A stretch of 57,505 nucleotides of DNA, the filler included, from Sphacelaria rigidula (Eukaryota): the NCBI GenBank assembly GCA_964200075.2. It is 7 parts of 7 records of this genome, joined end to end, with 100 filler letters (N's around TTAATTAATTAA, not from the genome) between each part and the next. Parts side by side here need not be neighbours in the genome. Positions count along the whole stretch, not along the records: positions 32,920 to 41,048 come from CAXNAA020012195.1; positions 41,149 to 49,277 come from CAXNAA020012196.1; positions 49,378 to 57,505 come from CAXNAA020012197.1; 4 more parts are not named here. The stretch is one strand, 5' to 3'. Under the pieces are notes generated by a model. It was given only the letters and a program-made list of their open reading frames with translations, searched no databases and had not been told where the DNA came from. Positions within the stretch are counted from its first letter, which is position 1, and each line of letters opens with the position of its first letter. This document shows positions 38,296 to 50,939 of the stretch, piece by piece. The position numbers were made by a program, and so were the translations under genes.

Positions 38296-39801
38296 TTGGG
38301 AGAGTTGGACGATGGAAGAGAGCTTCGTAGCCGAATCAATCCCAGGGTGGTTGGATTGAGGAAAAGCGATTTAGTGAAAAATCTACCCGGCCAGTCAGAA
38401 ACGAAGGATTCGTCCGGTCGGTCAGAATAGAACCGCAGAATTGCAAAAGGCCACTTCAGAAGGCCTTCGGTGCACCTTTCCTAGCTCCGTTGCCTCTTTA
38501 GGGCCAAGCACCCTTGATCCATCGACTCTTTGGGGCTCTGAGGGCGTGTCTTGGCACTTTTTTTTAATTGAAAAATTGCGGTCGATTTTTTTTGTGCCAA
38601 CCTCATAGGCCCACCGCATATACGTTCCTTGAAGGCTTCAACTCAAAAATATAATTAGCGGCACGCGGAGAAGAATGCAACCAGGTATTATACAATCGTT
38701 TGAGATTAAAAACATGCGGTCGAAAGGCACGAAGCAGCACTTGACCCCTATCTTACAAATAGTCTTCTACTTGTTATGCTAAGAAGGTCTTTTTTTTATG
38801 CTAAACACTATATTCGTGAGATTCAGAGGGTAGTTTCAGATTCAGGGTGAGACCCGTGACAATCGACTTTCCCGTCGATTTTGACATCGCCAAAGTTCGA
38901 GGAGTAATGCGCCCAGCTGGTGTCGGGGTGGCACAATGAAAGCTGTCACCTACACGATCAATTTGNNNNNNNNNTGATCGCAACGACGTAGTCAGTCCAT
39001 TGCAACAAAATATCCCCTCTTTCAGGAAAAAACGATTAGTGCCTGAAACAGTTTCAGTTCCGAAATACCCCCCAGGCGTGAAAATACTTTGTGCGGTATC
39101 TCACCAACCAGACCGCCGAATTCCTCGAATGGGGTACTGTACGGTAGCTGCATGCACAACACGTGTGCTCAAGCAAAAAAAAAAAATGCCCGTTAAAAAC
39201 GGTAGAGCATCCACTCTGAATCTCACGAATATAGTGTGCTAGTAATAGAGTTCCGGAAAACGCTTTTTTTTCAGAGTGCAAATATCTCAGGAGTAGAGTG
39301 CAGAATAATAAAAAGCAACTCGCCGAAAAGAAGTCAAGGGGATACCACATTTGACGGAGGGGGAAACAAGTTTTCTTTAGACTCTGATCCTGAGATATTT
39401 GCACTCTCTGAAATGATAAAATAGGGTTGTCCGAAAGTCTGTAATATCACCAAAAATAATGCTCGTAAAGTGGAGTTTATTCTCGATTTATGCTCGTAAC
39501 GTGCAATTTATGCTCGATTATGCTCGTAATATCCATCAAGGATGGCATTGTCGACCGGATACAGACCCACCGATCATTATATGCATGTTATATAGATATA
39601 TAGATATACGAAGATCCATGCTGCGATAGGGGGTGTACTCATGATCATGCATGCCATACGGGGGGGGGGGGGGAGGGGGGCGATTCCACGAAAAAATGTG
39701 CTCACGGATGCATCGAATGACCTATAACACTCGCGGTGCGCGTGTATTTGGATAAAAGTGGTGTAAAGAAGTATGAAAAACTTTGCCCAACGAACCGGAG
39801 T

Positions 39802-40069
39802 CCGTTGAACAATTGTTTTCGGCTAGCTGTGAGCAAACCAGATCATTTCTCCGATTCTATGGACGTTGACATTTGGTTTATCACATTCCTGCCCAAATCG
39901 GGACACTCCCGCATCTCCCCCGATTTTCCTGAAAAATCGGGGGAGATGCGGAGTAGACGCGGGAGTGTCCCGATTTCAGCAGGACGGTGATGTATCGAAA
40001 GTCAACGCCCAGAAAATCGGAGAATTGATCTGGTTTGCTCACAGCTAGCCGAAAAGCATTGCCCAACGG
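39802..40069. mobile_element. Foldback / hairpin MITE (~270 bp, near-palindromic)
   Basis: Arms TTTTCGGCTAGCTGTGAGCAAACCAGATCA...AAATCGGGACACTCCCGC pair with GCGGGAGTGTCCCGATTT...TGATCTGGTTTGCTCACAGCTAGCCGAAAA. The centre is CGCATCTCCCCCGATTTT-CCTGA-AAAATCGGGGGAGATGCG. Confidence 0.85.
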
Positions 40070-43000
40070 GCTTACCCGCCATATTTACGCCAGCGCTGGC
40101 CAAAAAACATGACCTACCAGCAGTCTAGAACCAGTCTCATATCGAATTTGTGCAGACCCACCGGTCCTATCAACACCATTTTCGAATCCGCCCGTACACA
40201 GCAGAGCCGGCACACCATTTTTGAACGCGCCCACCCAAATCAGAGCAGGCATATAGGGTATGCCACAGCAAGCAGATCCACAACACAGCTCACACGCGCA
40301 CATGCCCTGACGAACCACCACTAGCTAGCCGCAAAAGCAACAGCGGCAGTACTGTAGGACGGAAACTGCACTTGAACTTATCGCATACGCTTCACGCACC
40401 TAGCAGGCAACTGAACCACCACGTACTCGTTTGTTTGGATCAGTTGTTGTGTGCTTAGATCAATTGTGTTTAGTGTTTAGTACAGAGAGTACCGCGTAGC
40501 ATTGCCCACAACCGCGGACAGTAAGTAGTAGTAGACAGTACTGTGCTCTATACAGACAATACTGTGCGGGACGGTGGCATTTACTGGTCTGAAAGCCGTG
40601 CCGTGAGTAAAAGTAACTTTTACCATCAGGACGACAGCAGATGGTTTGCTGATATCGCCATCGAAAGGGTTTTCAAGAATGCTCTTGCTGTCCCCGACCA
40701 CCAACACACCAACACAATGAACACGACGAAGGACAGAGAGACAACGGCGAACACACCCGGAATATAAAATATAGAGCAATGGCCTAGAAAAGGTATACCT
40801 TCTCGTTTTTTGCCCAAGAAAGGTACGAAAAATGGCCAGAAACGCGAAAACGGCCAAACACGCTGTTATGACCGGTTTCGCTCCGGATTTTTCACGCACA
40901 TCATTGGGGGGGGGCATTGGCACCCGGGCCTCGAAAACAAACGGGAAAAAAACATGTTACTCGAGAGATATGGCCACGCGAAAACGGACGTCTCGCCTTC
41001 AGAAACCGCTCATCTTTTGTAGGCCAAATTTCGTCCAGGTATACCTGANNNNNNNNNNNNNNNNNNNNNNNNNNNNNNNNNNNNNNNNNNNNTTAATTAA
41101 TTAANNNNNNNNNNNNNNNNNNNNNNNNNNNNNNNNNNNNNNNNNNNNCCCGGCGTCTTTCGTCTTTTCTTTGTGGGGCGGCCAGGCAAACCTGCTCCCT
41201 TCCCCTGCAGGGCGGCTCTCCGGTCCCCCCCCCCCCCCCCCCGGGCGCTTGACGCCTCCCCGATTTTGGGGTCAAAGTTTCCTCTCCTCGGGTTGTACAC
41301 ACCGTGTTCTACGGTACACTGACGCTGGTTCACCCAGCGTAGACGCTTCGGTAGCTTTTTTTGCTCAAGTTTGGGTGTTCGTGCCGTTGCCTAGCGTGGC
41401 TACCGTGGCACTCGCAGCATTCAGCATTATATGCGGTATGCATATATATCTCGTGCGATTCAGAACCTACGTGTGAGAGGGACGTCTTGCGAGTGCACCC
41501 AGTGTTTTACTCATTGGAGCTGCTGTTGAGGGCAGTGTTTGATACTGCTAGCTGTAAGTGCTGACTCTCTAATTAACAGGCAACAAGATTGGGCAGCGTG
41601 TCGAACAGGTGGCAGGATCGTGCCCGATGGTACAAACTGTACCGTGACGTAATTCACCATTACTACCACTGTCACGGAAAATTGACAGCCATCGTACCCT
41701 CCCCCCGGCCCCGCCGACATACCAGAGAGAAACTCATTATCTTTGTGTCTCAGATCTTCAAGTTAAAGTCCCTACGCCCCAACCTCGAACTCATGAGGTT
41801 TAGCCCTAGTTTTCGACAGTTTATGTGGGTTATCCTCCCGAGGTCGAGTCTTTATCCTGGACAACGCGACGTCATCGTCGCTGTATGCAAGTGCTTTATT
41901 AACTTGCTAACTTGCAGAGTTATATTGCTTATGTCGCGAAGTCTACCGAGCGCGGTGCAGTACCTTGTATCTGAGCAGAGAAGTTTCAGTCGGGGGCGTC
42001 TTTCCAGCTTTTCGCTCGCCAGTATTTATGATGGTGAGCGTTGAAAAAATAGATTGGGGATTGGAGGAAGATAAAAGTGCCTGAAATGAACCCTGGCAGA
42101 AAAGCCGTTCTATCATATCGAACGAGCCAAGGGTTAACCCACCATCGGGGTTCCCGCGACCTCGGAGCCTTAGATTCTGACTGATATTTTCGCGCAATCG
42201 AACTAATTCCAATGGTCCCGGTGCGCTTCTTGTTTTCATTTTGCAACTTCAATCTATCCGTTACCCCATAGCGTATAATCGAAATACCATGCTTTTTTGG
42301 CCTAGGTAGGGTTGATGGCACTCTACTTTGTTCTGGTGGGCGTATTGCTTGCGCGTACGTTGTATTGTCCCTTTATGCAATGGCTTTACAACCACGAGCG
42401 CTACAGCAAATAAGGGCTGATGTGGTAAACAGCAACAACAGCAACAACAACTCTCCGCACGACTGGGTTTTCACCTCGTACGTGCGTTTGTTGCCTCGAC
42501 ACTACCAAGTTGAAAAATCTGAAAATATATGCCATGGACGATCTGTTTCTTGAAACTAAAATCAAATATCGACCGACTTCGGCACTTTCGAGTTCATCGA
42601 GCTGTACTCAGTGCCACTGGTACGACAGCCGTCCGCTGTCCCACGCACCCCGCAAAGAAGTATTTCAGGTTATTCAGTCTCGTCCAAAGCTTGCATACCA
42701 CGATGATTGCTGAGAAACAATAACGTATGTCATTAGGTTGTTGTTCGATCCTATAGAACATGATACCCACGTAACGTACAGATGTTCGTCCTCGCAGCGA
42801 GTCTGGGCTTGTTCCAACTACTTAGTGTGTCTTGGATCACCCAGTATCTGTCACGTGTTGACGCTACTAGTCGGGGATAGATGGATCATACTTGAACACC
42901 AGAAAATACACCAGTGGATGAGGGGGGATAAAAAGTAGTGATAGAGGTGCCAATTAACGTATTTCCGCTAGAGTGCGTTCATGAATGTGCCAACACAACG

Positions 43001-43459
43001 AAAAGGACACGGCTGAAGATTCTTGCTGGTAACTTCAAATGATCGTGAGCAGTTACCAATTGCTCCCCCCTTCGTTGTCGTCACATTCTCCGTTCCTTTC
43101 CTCTGCAAGAGACTACAGCCTTGAGAGATTGACACAGTTTTACCGCAGTCCTACACATACCCGGCAGTATGACATCCTCACATGGTGGATTAGCACTTCA
43201 GCACTGCGTCGATTTTGTTTGCGGTTAATTTTGCTGCTCACGACTCCACATTTTCGTCGACGGAAGATCAAATAGCTGTGTGCACAGTATTTCATACACG
43301 CCGTCTTACTGTACGATATCGGGGCGCCCTGCGTACGACCCCCGGGGTAACGACGTCCTAACGCCAAAACACTAGTCACCTAGGGGTGCTAGTTCACTGT
43401 TTTACCCACGGTACAGTCTCTTGCCGTCCTCGAACCAATCGCATCTCTATCGCTCCTCG

Positions 43460-43467
43460 CTCTCTCT

Positions 43468-43531
<64 letters not shown>

Positions 43532-43625
43532 CACTCGGTCGTATGACATATCGTGTTGGGCCATTCGTCAGTCACATTGTCTCCTCCTCCTCCTCTTCCT
43601 CCTCCTCCTCCTCCTCCTCCTCTCT
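43460..43625. repeat. (CT)n microsatellite (~43460-43527) and (CCT)n tract (~43580-43622)
   Basis: Direct reading. Confidence 0.95.
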
Positions 43626-46577
43626 CGTTCCTTGTCTTTCTCTTCGCCGCGCAGACTATGATCGAGGTGTATCTCCCTCAACTCGGCTCGGTTACCAACG
43701 GCAAGGTTTGGACGCAGTGGCTGGCTGTCCCCGATGTGAGTCTGAACTTTGGACACTTTCCGGACAACGTTTTCTCCGACTAAATTAATGACTGAGAAAT
43801 GGACTCGCGAACGTACATGTTCTGTTGATTGGTTGTTTTGGTTTAAGGAACTGATCCACCATAAATCCAGCCGCATTTCTCGCCCATTCGCTTCGTAACG
43901 TTTCCATGATTCTGACGAATAAAATCGTGATAGATTTGATACTCAACATTTGAACGAATCAATCGTATGATTCGTCCGTCATTTGTGACGCATACATATT
44001 TCGGGTTCGTGATTCGTACGACACCACTTGAAGTATACACATTCCGAGTTCGTGATTCGTGTGGTACACGGTCGAAGGTACGCGTTTCGTACCTTTCTTT
44101 CATACGGCGTGGATCATGAGCACACAATTATCTACTTTGGTTGATTCAGGATAAGTCATGTGTACATGTTGCTCGCCCTTTAGTTCATGCGGGATGAGTC
44201 CTGTGTACATGTTGCGCACCCTGTACTTCATGCGGGATGAATCTTAGGTGGATATTTTCCCCATACATTTATACAGTATGAATCGTCAGCTCATGCTTTT
44301 CAGACGTCATTTCAATTGGAGTCGCATGTGCATTTCTCCCATGTGTAATTTGTTGCGAATATAGATGATACAGCCTATATTCATTGCGTTCGAATGAAGT
44401 CGTTGCAGCAAAGATGAGCTGTACAACGTACGGCGGTTCAAGAAAATCTCAAACCATGTTTTTTTTTACAGATTACCTATTTTGTGTCAGTTTACAGTCT
44501 ACTTGTCAAAGTGACGTTTCAAGTAGGTTATGGCTGGTGTGACGTGTTGCCATGATTTGTCAATGAAAGATACTCTAGCAGAGTCCGTAGGCCACGTAAG
44601 CTGAAATATATACTTTGTGCAAGATTGCAGTTGATCCCAGCTAAGCGCTGGCAAATCTACCGCGTCAGCAGCAGTAGTAGTTGAACGAGATTATATAGCT
44701 TCGTTAGACGTACGTGCGCAACATTATTTCTGTTTCAGAAAGTGATGAGTGTTGAGGCTTGATCTCGATCGCCACCGTTCTCACTCTCCCCCAGCCTTCC
44801 CTTCAGAATTATGCGTGCAGAAGAGGGTGTTTGATTCTGCTTTGGCCACGGCCAGAAGTACCCCAGAAAACCATCCGACTTTTTTTCGCTGCACCTCGCA
44901 AGGTGGCGTTACCGCTAATGTGCAAGTCTTCGCTATACTGTCTATGGTGAGACAGTGTCACACGAGCCAATATTTCCAAGAGTTTATTAAATTAGCCTTC
45001 ACGAGTTCGACGGAACGAAGTTCGTCAAGTGGATGCGCTCTACGCGCGCGGTCATTGTTTTTACTCACCCACACGCTGAATGCCCGCGAGCACCAGCGAC
45101 AGCAGTAGCAGTGATGGCAGCCAAACCATCACACGTGCTGTCTTGGGCTGCAAGGTGTGTTTAAACGCTTTTTCGATGAAAACACTCGATAGCCCGAGGT
45201 CATCGGAAAATCCTGGTTTTCTGACAATATTGGGCTATCGGAAAATGTTATCAGAAAACATTCTTTCGGAAAACGCGTTTTCTAATCACATAATAAGTGG
45301 GTGTATGGTAATTCATCAGAAAACGCGTTTTCTGATAGATGTTTTTTTATACATAGGAAGTAGCCTGAAACAAGGTATGTGCACGTTTATCCTTTTTTAT
45401 TGTTCGACTGTACGCAAGTACCAGGACTTTTCCCGAGAAACATATTGGAGGAAAGATCGGCTATGCACCATAGCGCATGGTTGGCAAGCACGCCGTAATT
45501 GATGTAAGGCTTCGTTACTGATTTTACTGCATCGGTCTGTATGCAGGACCTTACTTTATTTGAGAATTGTCCACCGTGAGTATTGTACTGTACAAGGGTG
45601 GATTCGTTTATCAACCTTCGTTCAAACGTTTTCGATTGCGCACCAAGGCCATATGCCTCGAGTCGAGTGTCAACTAGCTATCACAGTCACGCCCATAAAC
45701 GTTGGGGCAAAAGAGTAATACAACAACGACACATCAGTGAAGTGTGTATTATATTCTTGCTGGGCTTGCTATTTTGCATAAATGTTCCTAAGCATGATTA
45801 ATTATGGGTAAACAGGTGAAAATTCCTGCGCATATGATTGTCGGACATTGTGGAAAACAGTAAACCACATGTGTCACGTAACAAGTACATAACTTCATGT
45901 TGTCTTGATCATTGTTTTGAGAGCATATGTATGATATACTATACAGATTTCAGGGGATATGCTACAAAATACAACTGCATCTGGATACCTCCATGGTTCA
46001 GCTCTCTTGTCAAGTAGCACTTGGCGAGTTGATATACCTGTACATGCGGAGATTCCCAGGTCTAACCAGTTTGGACTGATGTTTCTTGAAAAAAAACATA
46101 CAAAATTCGCGCGAGATAAATGAGATGCACAGGTTTCCGACCTTCCATTCTCAACGAACGTATCACGAGTTCATGTTCCCCACCACTTCGTTCATGCGGG
46201 ATGGATTATGAATATGTGTTCCCCGCCAGTGATTCGTGCATGGACCGTGATTCGTACGTGCTCTCCAATCCTGATTCATGTAGCACAACTTGAAGTAGAC
46301 ACATTCCCACTCCATGATTCGTGCGGTTTGACCCTGAATGAACAACTTCACCATCCGTGCTCCACATCAGATGACTCTTTGATACATGATTCGCACTCAA
46401 CATTAATGAGGAGTCAACCCGTATGAAATCTGGTTCGTCCGAACCGTGGACATTTCTCAACATTCACGGGGTGGGCATTCGGTTGATTTTTTTGCTCACT
46501 TTGCTTGTTTGGGGCAAGGAAGGGAGACACTATACTGCACTATGCGCTGGCCGCTTTTTCGCTTCACATGTAACAAT

Positions 46578-46839
46578 GTTTTCGTGAGATTGAGAGTAGA
46601 GGATACGATTGAGAGTGAAAAACGGTCAATCAGGAAATGGATCGTTTCAGTTCCAAAATGCTTCTCCAAGAGGCCCGATATGTTTTCTGTAGTAGCTTGC
46701 CACTGAGGCCCTTGATATCCCCGAGTAGGATATTGATGTGTAGCTGTAAGCACCCGCTAGTGAATGAAAAATTGGACAAGTTGAAGTTAATGGCCAAAGC
46801 CACTCTTAATCAGCGCTCTACTCTCAATCTCACAAAAAC
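46578..46839. mobile_element. MITE-like element, copy 1
   Basis: TIRs TTTTCGTGAGATTGAGAGTAGAG and CTCTACTCTCAATCTCACAAAAA. Colinear with the copy at 47753-48039; one end also present at ~32962-32985. Confidence 0.8.
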
Positions 46840-47074
46840 GTTATGTTTTGCTGACAAGCTACAACAAAGAACGTTTTCGCGGGAATGAAAGTGCAGCTGC
46901 TGATGGAGAGCCAGATTCTAGCCGTTTGTGGCAGCGGCATTATTTTCAAGTGAAACATTGCTGCATGACGTTGATTGCTAACCCTGGTGGTCCCAGGGCT
47001 AACGTTCCGAAGAGTGAGTCGTTGCATATATTATCCGAAAGCAAACATTCGGTAAACGACTCTTCGAAATCGCA

Positions 47075-47123
47075 TTAGGGTTAGGGTTAGGGTTAGGGTT
47101 AGGGGTTAGGGTCAGGGTTAGGG
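47075..47123 (+). repeat. Interstitial telomeric repeat (TTAGGG)n, about 8 units
   Basis: TTAGGG five times, then slightly degenerate units. Confidence 0.92.
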
Positions 47124-47752
47124 AGTTACAAGCCTACATTCGCATTCAGCGAATTACTCGGAGAAGCATATAGTCGGAATGCATAGCGCTACGGGCGACA
47201 TAAAATTATAACCTGTTTGATGTACGAGTACAGCGTGGCATTGATGAGAGAAAGGTTTTGATGATTGGTATCCTTATTTCCTTCCGCCCACTGTTCCCTA
47301 GTATTCGTACAGCTCACGACTCTTCCTACTCTACACGTGCTCGGCACGTCAGTCGAGTTAACCATAGGTTCTCTTTTGAATCGACGTCACTACACCCAAC
47401 AGTCAGCAGTATCAGTGTCAGTGTTTCGCGCATTGATAACACGCATACAAATAGCGTGTTCCTACTAAGAGCTCACTTTCAATCAGAAAAAACTACGCTC
47501 GAAATCTCGCGAATTGTTACCTGTTCTTCCTATGCCGTTGAAATATCCAGCAGTATTCTTCTGTAAACAACAATAATTGCGGGTGCATTTTCGTTTTTCT
47601 GACAGGTGTTAAACTACGCGACATCTTCGGGCTCCGCCACCGAGACGTTCCGCTCTCTCAGTTCGTGCGTGGGATACACGGGCGAAGGAGAGGAATACCC
47701 CACCGGGGTAAGTGCACGAGGGGGGTGGCTGCGGCGGGAACGGATATCAAAT

Positions 47753-48039
47753 TTTTCGTGAGATTGAGAGTAGAGGATATGATTGAGAGTGAAAAGCGAT
47801 GAATCAGTGAAGGAATCGTTTCAGTTCTGAAATGCCCTTCCACGAGGCCCGATATTCTGTTTGTAGTAGCTCGCCACTGAGGCCGTTGATATCCCTGAAA
47901 ATGGTATCGACGTGAAGCTGTAAGCACACGCCAGCGATTGAGGCAAAAAAAAGCACGCATGGAATGAAAAGTTGGCTAAGTTGAAGCGAATGATCAAAGC
48001 CACTCTCAATCAGCGCTCTACTCTCAATCTCACGAAAAC
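47753..48039. mobile_element. MITE-like element, copy 2
   Basis: TIRs TTTTCGTGAGATTGAGAGTAGAG and CTCTACTCTCAATCTCACGAAAA. Internal sequence homologous to 46578-46839. Confidence 0.8.
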
Positions 48040-50939
48040 GATGTTGGATATGGACATTGCAGTTACACCTTGAAACTGCAGTCAATCGCACTGTTTCTAC
48101 ACCCCCATTGAGAGTAATGTGTTGGTAACTGTTGGCATTCACTGATATTCTGCACTTCCATTTGATTTTTTTCTAGTTTCCCAGATAACACAGTGGTGAC
48201 AAGATAGTGATGCTCACATGTCTTATCTTTTCGGCTACTAACTTATTTCCCTGGCTGTGTTGGTTAGCACGCTCTGCTTGTGTTCTGTGTTCTCCTTTTC
48301 TTCCTTCCCCCTTTCCTCTTTTCATTGGTATGCTCTCTCTATCCCTCTCTCCCATCTTCGTCTATGCTGTAGCGATATTCCTGCAGAAGAGTCAGCTCGT
48401 GCCCCACTAGTGCGATTCCCGCCAAAGAGCTTCCACGGCGTTGTGTGCACGGCCCCATTACTCAAAGCCATGCTGCAGGCTGGGAATTTACTATACAGTA
48501 CGCCTTGGCTATTTTCCCCCTATTTGTTTGTCATCACTTTTCGAATTTTTCGTTGGTGATTATAAAAGCATACGTATACAAATTATTGACTTCACCTGAA
48601 GTCATTACAAAAAATTGCCAAAACTATGAAAAGCAAGCCATTTGTCGAATCTATTGGACCCGGTAGATACTACCACTTGGTAGGTTGAAAAAAGGTCTGT
48701 CGGGAATCTGTGGCGATGGAACAACTGATGATGATTTGGCATGACTTGAGTCCGCATCTTCGCCCGATCTCTCGAACTCGGGGTCTGAGACGTCGGCTCG
48801 CCTTCCGGAACCGTCGCCTCTACTCGTGACGGTCCAGAATGAATTGTGCCGTTCTTCAGCAGCACCTATAGCACACAGAGCTAGCACAAAAATACGTACA
48901 CACACTCACATCTCGTCTAACACAACACATGAATACAGAGACACATGGAACGACATTGAGCGATATTCCTGCTACTATTGAATTTTCTGGGCGGCTGATA
49001 CTTCGTAGCTGGATGAGTACGTTTGAGCAGGCCACTAAAACATACCCAAGGTACAACCGTGAGGAGCGCCAGGAAGGACCTCTCCAGGGCCTCATGTAGA
49101 TGTTTACTCCGGCCGGTTGTATGCCACAAGGCAAGGCTGACTCGGCGAGGTTCCCCTTCTTTGATAGGTTTGGAGGAGAAAGTTGGCTCAGATCGTTGTG
49201 CCAGTCGGTGCGTCTCTCGCCTCATTATGCCCAGGTCAATGAAAGGACCCCCCATGTAACGGGGTTGCCAGAAAAATNNNNNNNNNNNNNNNNNNNNNNN
49301 NNNNNNNNNNNNNNNNNNNNNTTAATTAATTAANNNNNNNNNNNNNNNNNNNNNNNNNNNNNNNNNNNNNNNNNNNNCCTTTCGGGCAATCGGGCAGAAG
49401 AAATCGTGAATCTGGTGATTTTGAGTCGTGATGATTTGTCCTAACCGTGAAAAGAAGCATGATGCTTAGTCGCCGCAACCATAATATGCCCGCTTGGTGA
49501 TCAATCCTCATGCTGCTGTAGGGCGCTTGTTCCGTTTTCCGCTTTTTTTTTTGGTCTCGATAAGACACGGCATGTGGCACGAGCTGACCCACTCTTGCGA
49601 TCAAGCCCTTTGGAACGGTTGAACCGTCACCCCTCATCAGGTAGCACAACGTGCACAACGACTGCCCGCACAGAGCAGGTGCTTAGCAACGCATGCTGTC
49701 AACCTCGCCGACACGATACCGGAGCATAGACCATCGTGTCGGTGGCAATGACAGAGCACTTCCGCGGCATCAACGGGGTGGGGGGGGGGGGGAGTGAGGA
49801 GGGGTGCTAAACTCGTGACATTCTGCTCGCGGTTTCAAAAAGGATGGAACCGCACTTGCCGATTGACTGCCGATTGGGAATCACGTGTATCATGATAAAA
49901 TCAAGACATTTTTTAAATTTTGGGGTGCCGAATCCCCGTGAGTTGTAGGACACCGTGTGGTACGGACAGTATCCCTCAGTCACAACCGGCTTGAGGCATA
50001 CGGATTCTTTATGGAGATCACGACTCAACCTAATGCAAGAAATCTTTCCGCAGGTCATCCCAGAAACTGCCCCCTATCCAGCAGCTAGCGTAATGCCGCA
50101 CAATCCACACCCCGGTCTCGAAGCCGTTGCCCGCGAGTCTGCAGCTTGCACCATCGCCCGCGCGTTGCCCCACAAAAAAGTGCAACACATTACAACATAC
50201 GACGATCGCTATTGGCAACGAAGTACACTGAAGCTGATGTAAGCTACTCTGGCTCTCCGTGATGAAGACATCCCTGCTATAAGGCTTGCTAACGCTGAGC
50301 TCACATACATTCTTACCTGGCAACAATCAAACGACGGATTCCGCACAGTATGTCGGTGTTTAACACCCCTAGGTAACAGTTTTCGTAACATCGATATCCT
50401 ACAAGTAGATAAATGAGAGCTAGTACTCTCGAGATACGCGCTTGAGCAGAATATTCTCGAGTAAATTATCAAAGGAAACACAGGGTTGGGGAGACGTTGC
50501 GTTTCCATGCTTCGAGAGAATCGACGGCAAATTTGTCATGAACCCAGGTGATATACCCCGTCATCATCTCCGACCCATTTATCCGTTTCAACGCATTTTG
50601 AATTTCTCAACCTGTTGCCTGTGTGTCGTGCCAGCCCCAGTCCTGTCGGCTCTCGGGATATCGTGGGCTCCTTCTACAAAACCATCGCCAGCACTGCTGT
50701 CGATCTCCTGTTGAACCTTTTGTTGCTGCCGTTGCTGGGCAGCAGCACCAAGTAGTACCCTGTAGTGTCCTGTGCAGCATACTGTTCTAGCGGGTATTCC
50801 TGTTCACGAACAACGGGTCTGACACGGGAATGATGAGGAAAAGTTCTGAACGTGGGAGGGAAAGGATCAAGAGTAGGTGGAGTGGAGTACAGCGCGGGCT
50901 CTCAGTAGTGCCGGTTGAATAGTGCCAACGACCTATATA

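Noticed and set aside
48605..49257. Possible minus-strand exons
   Set aside because: Coding-like composition, but no recognisable domain or verifiable splice chain before the contig end.
49800..50510. Short ORFs upstream of the pogo element
   Set aside because: They lie outside the TIR, are interrupted by stops and have no recognisable motifs.
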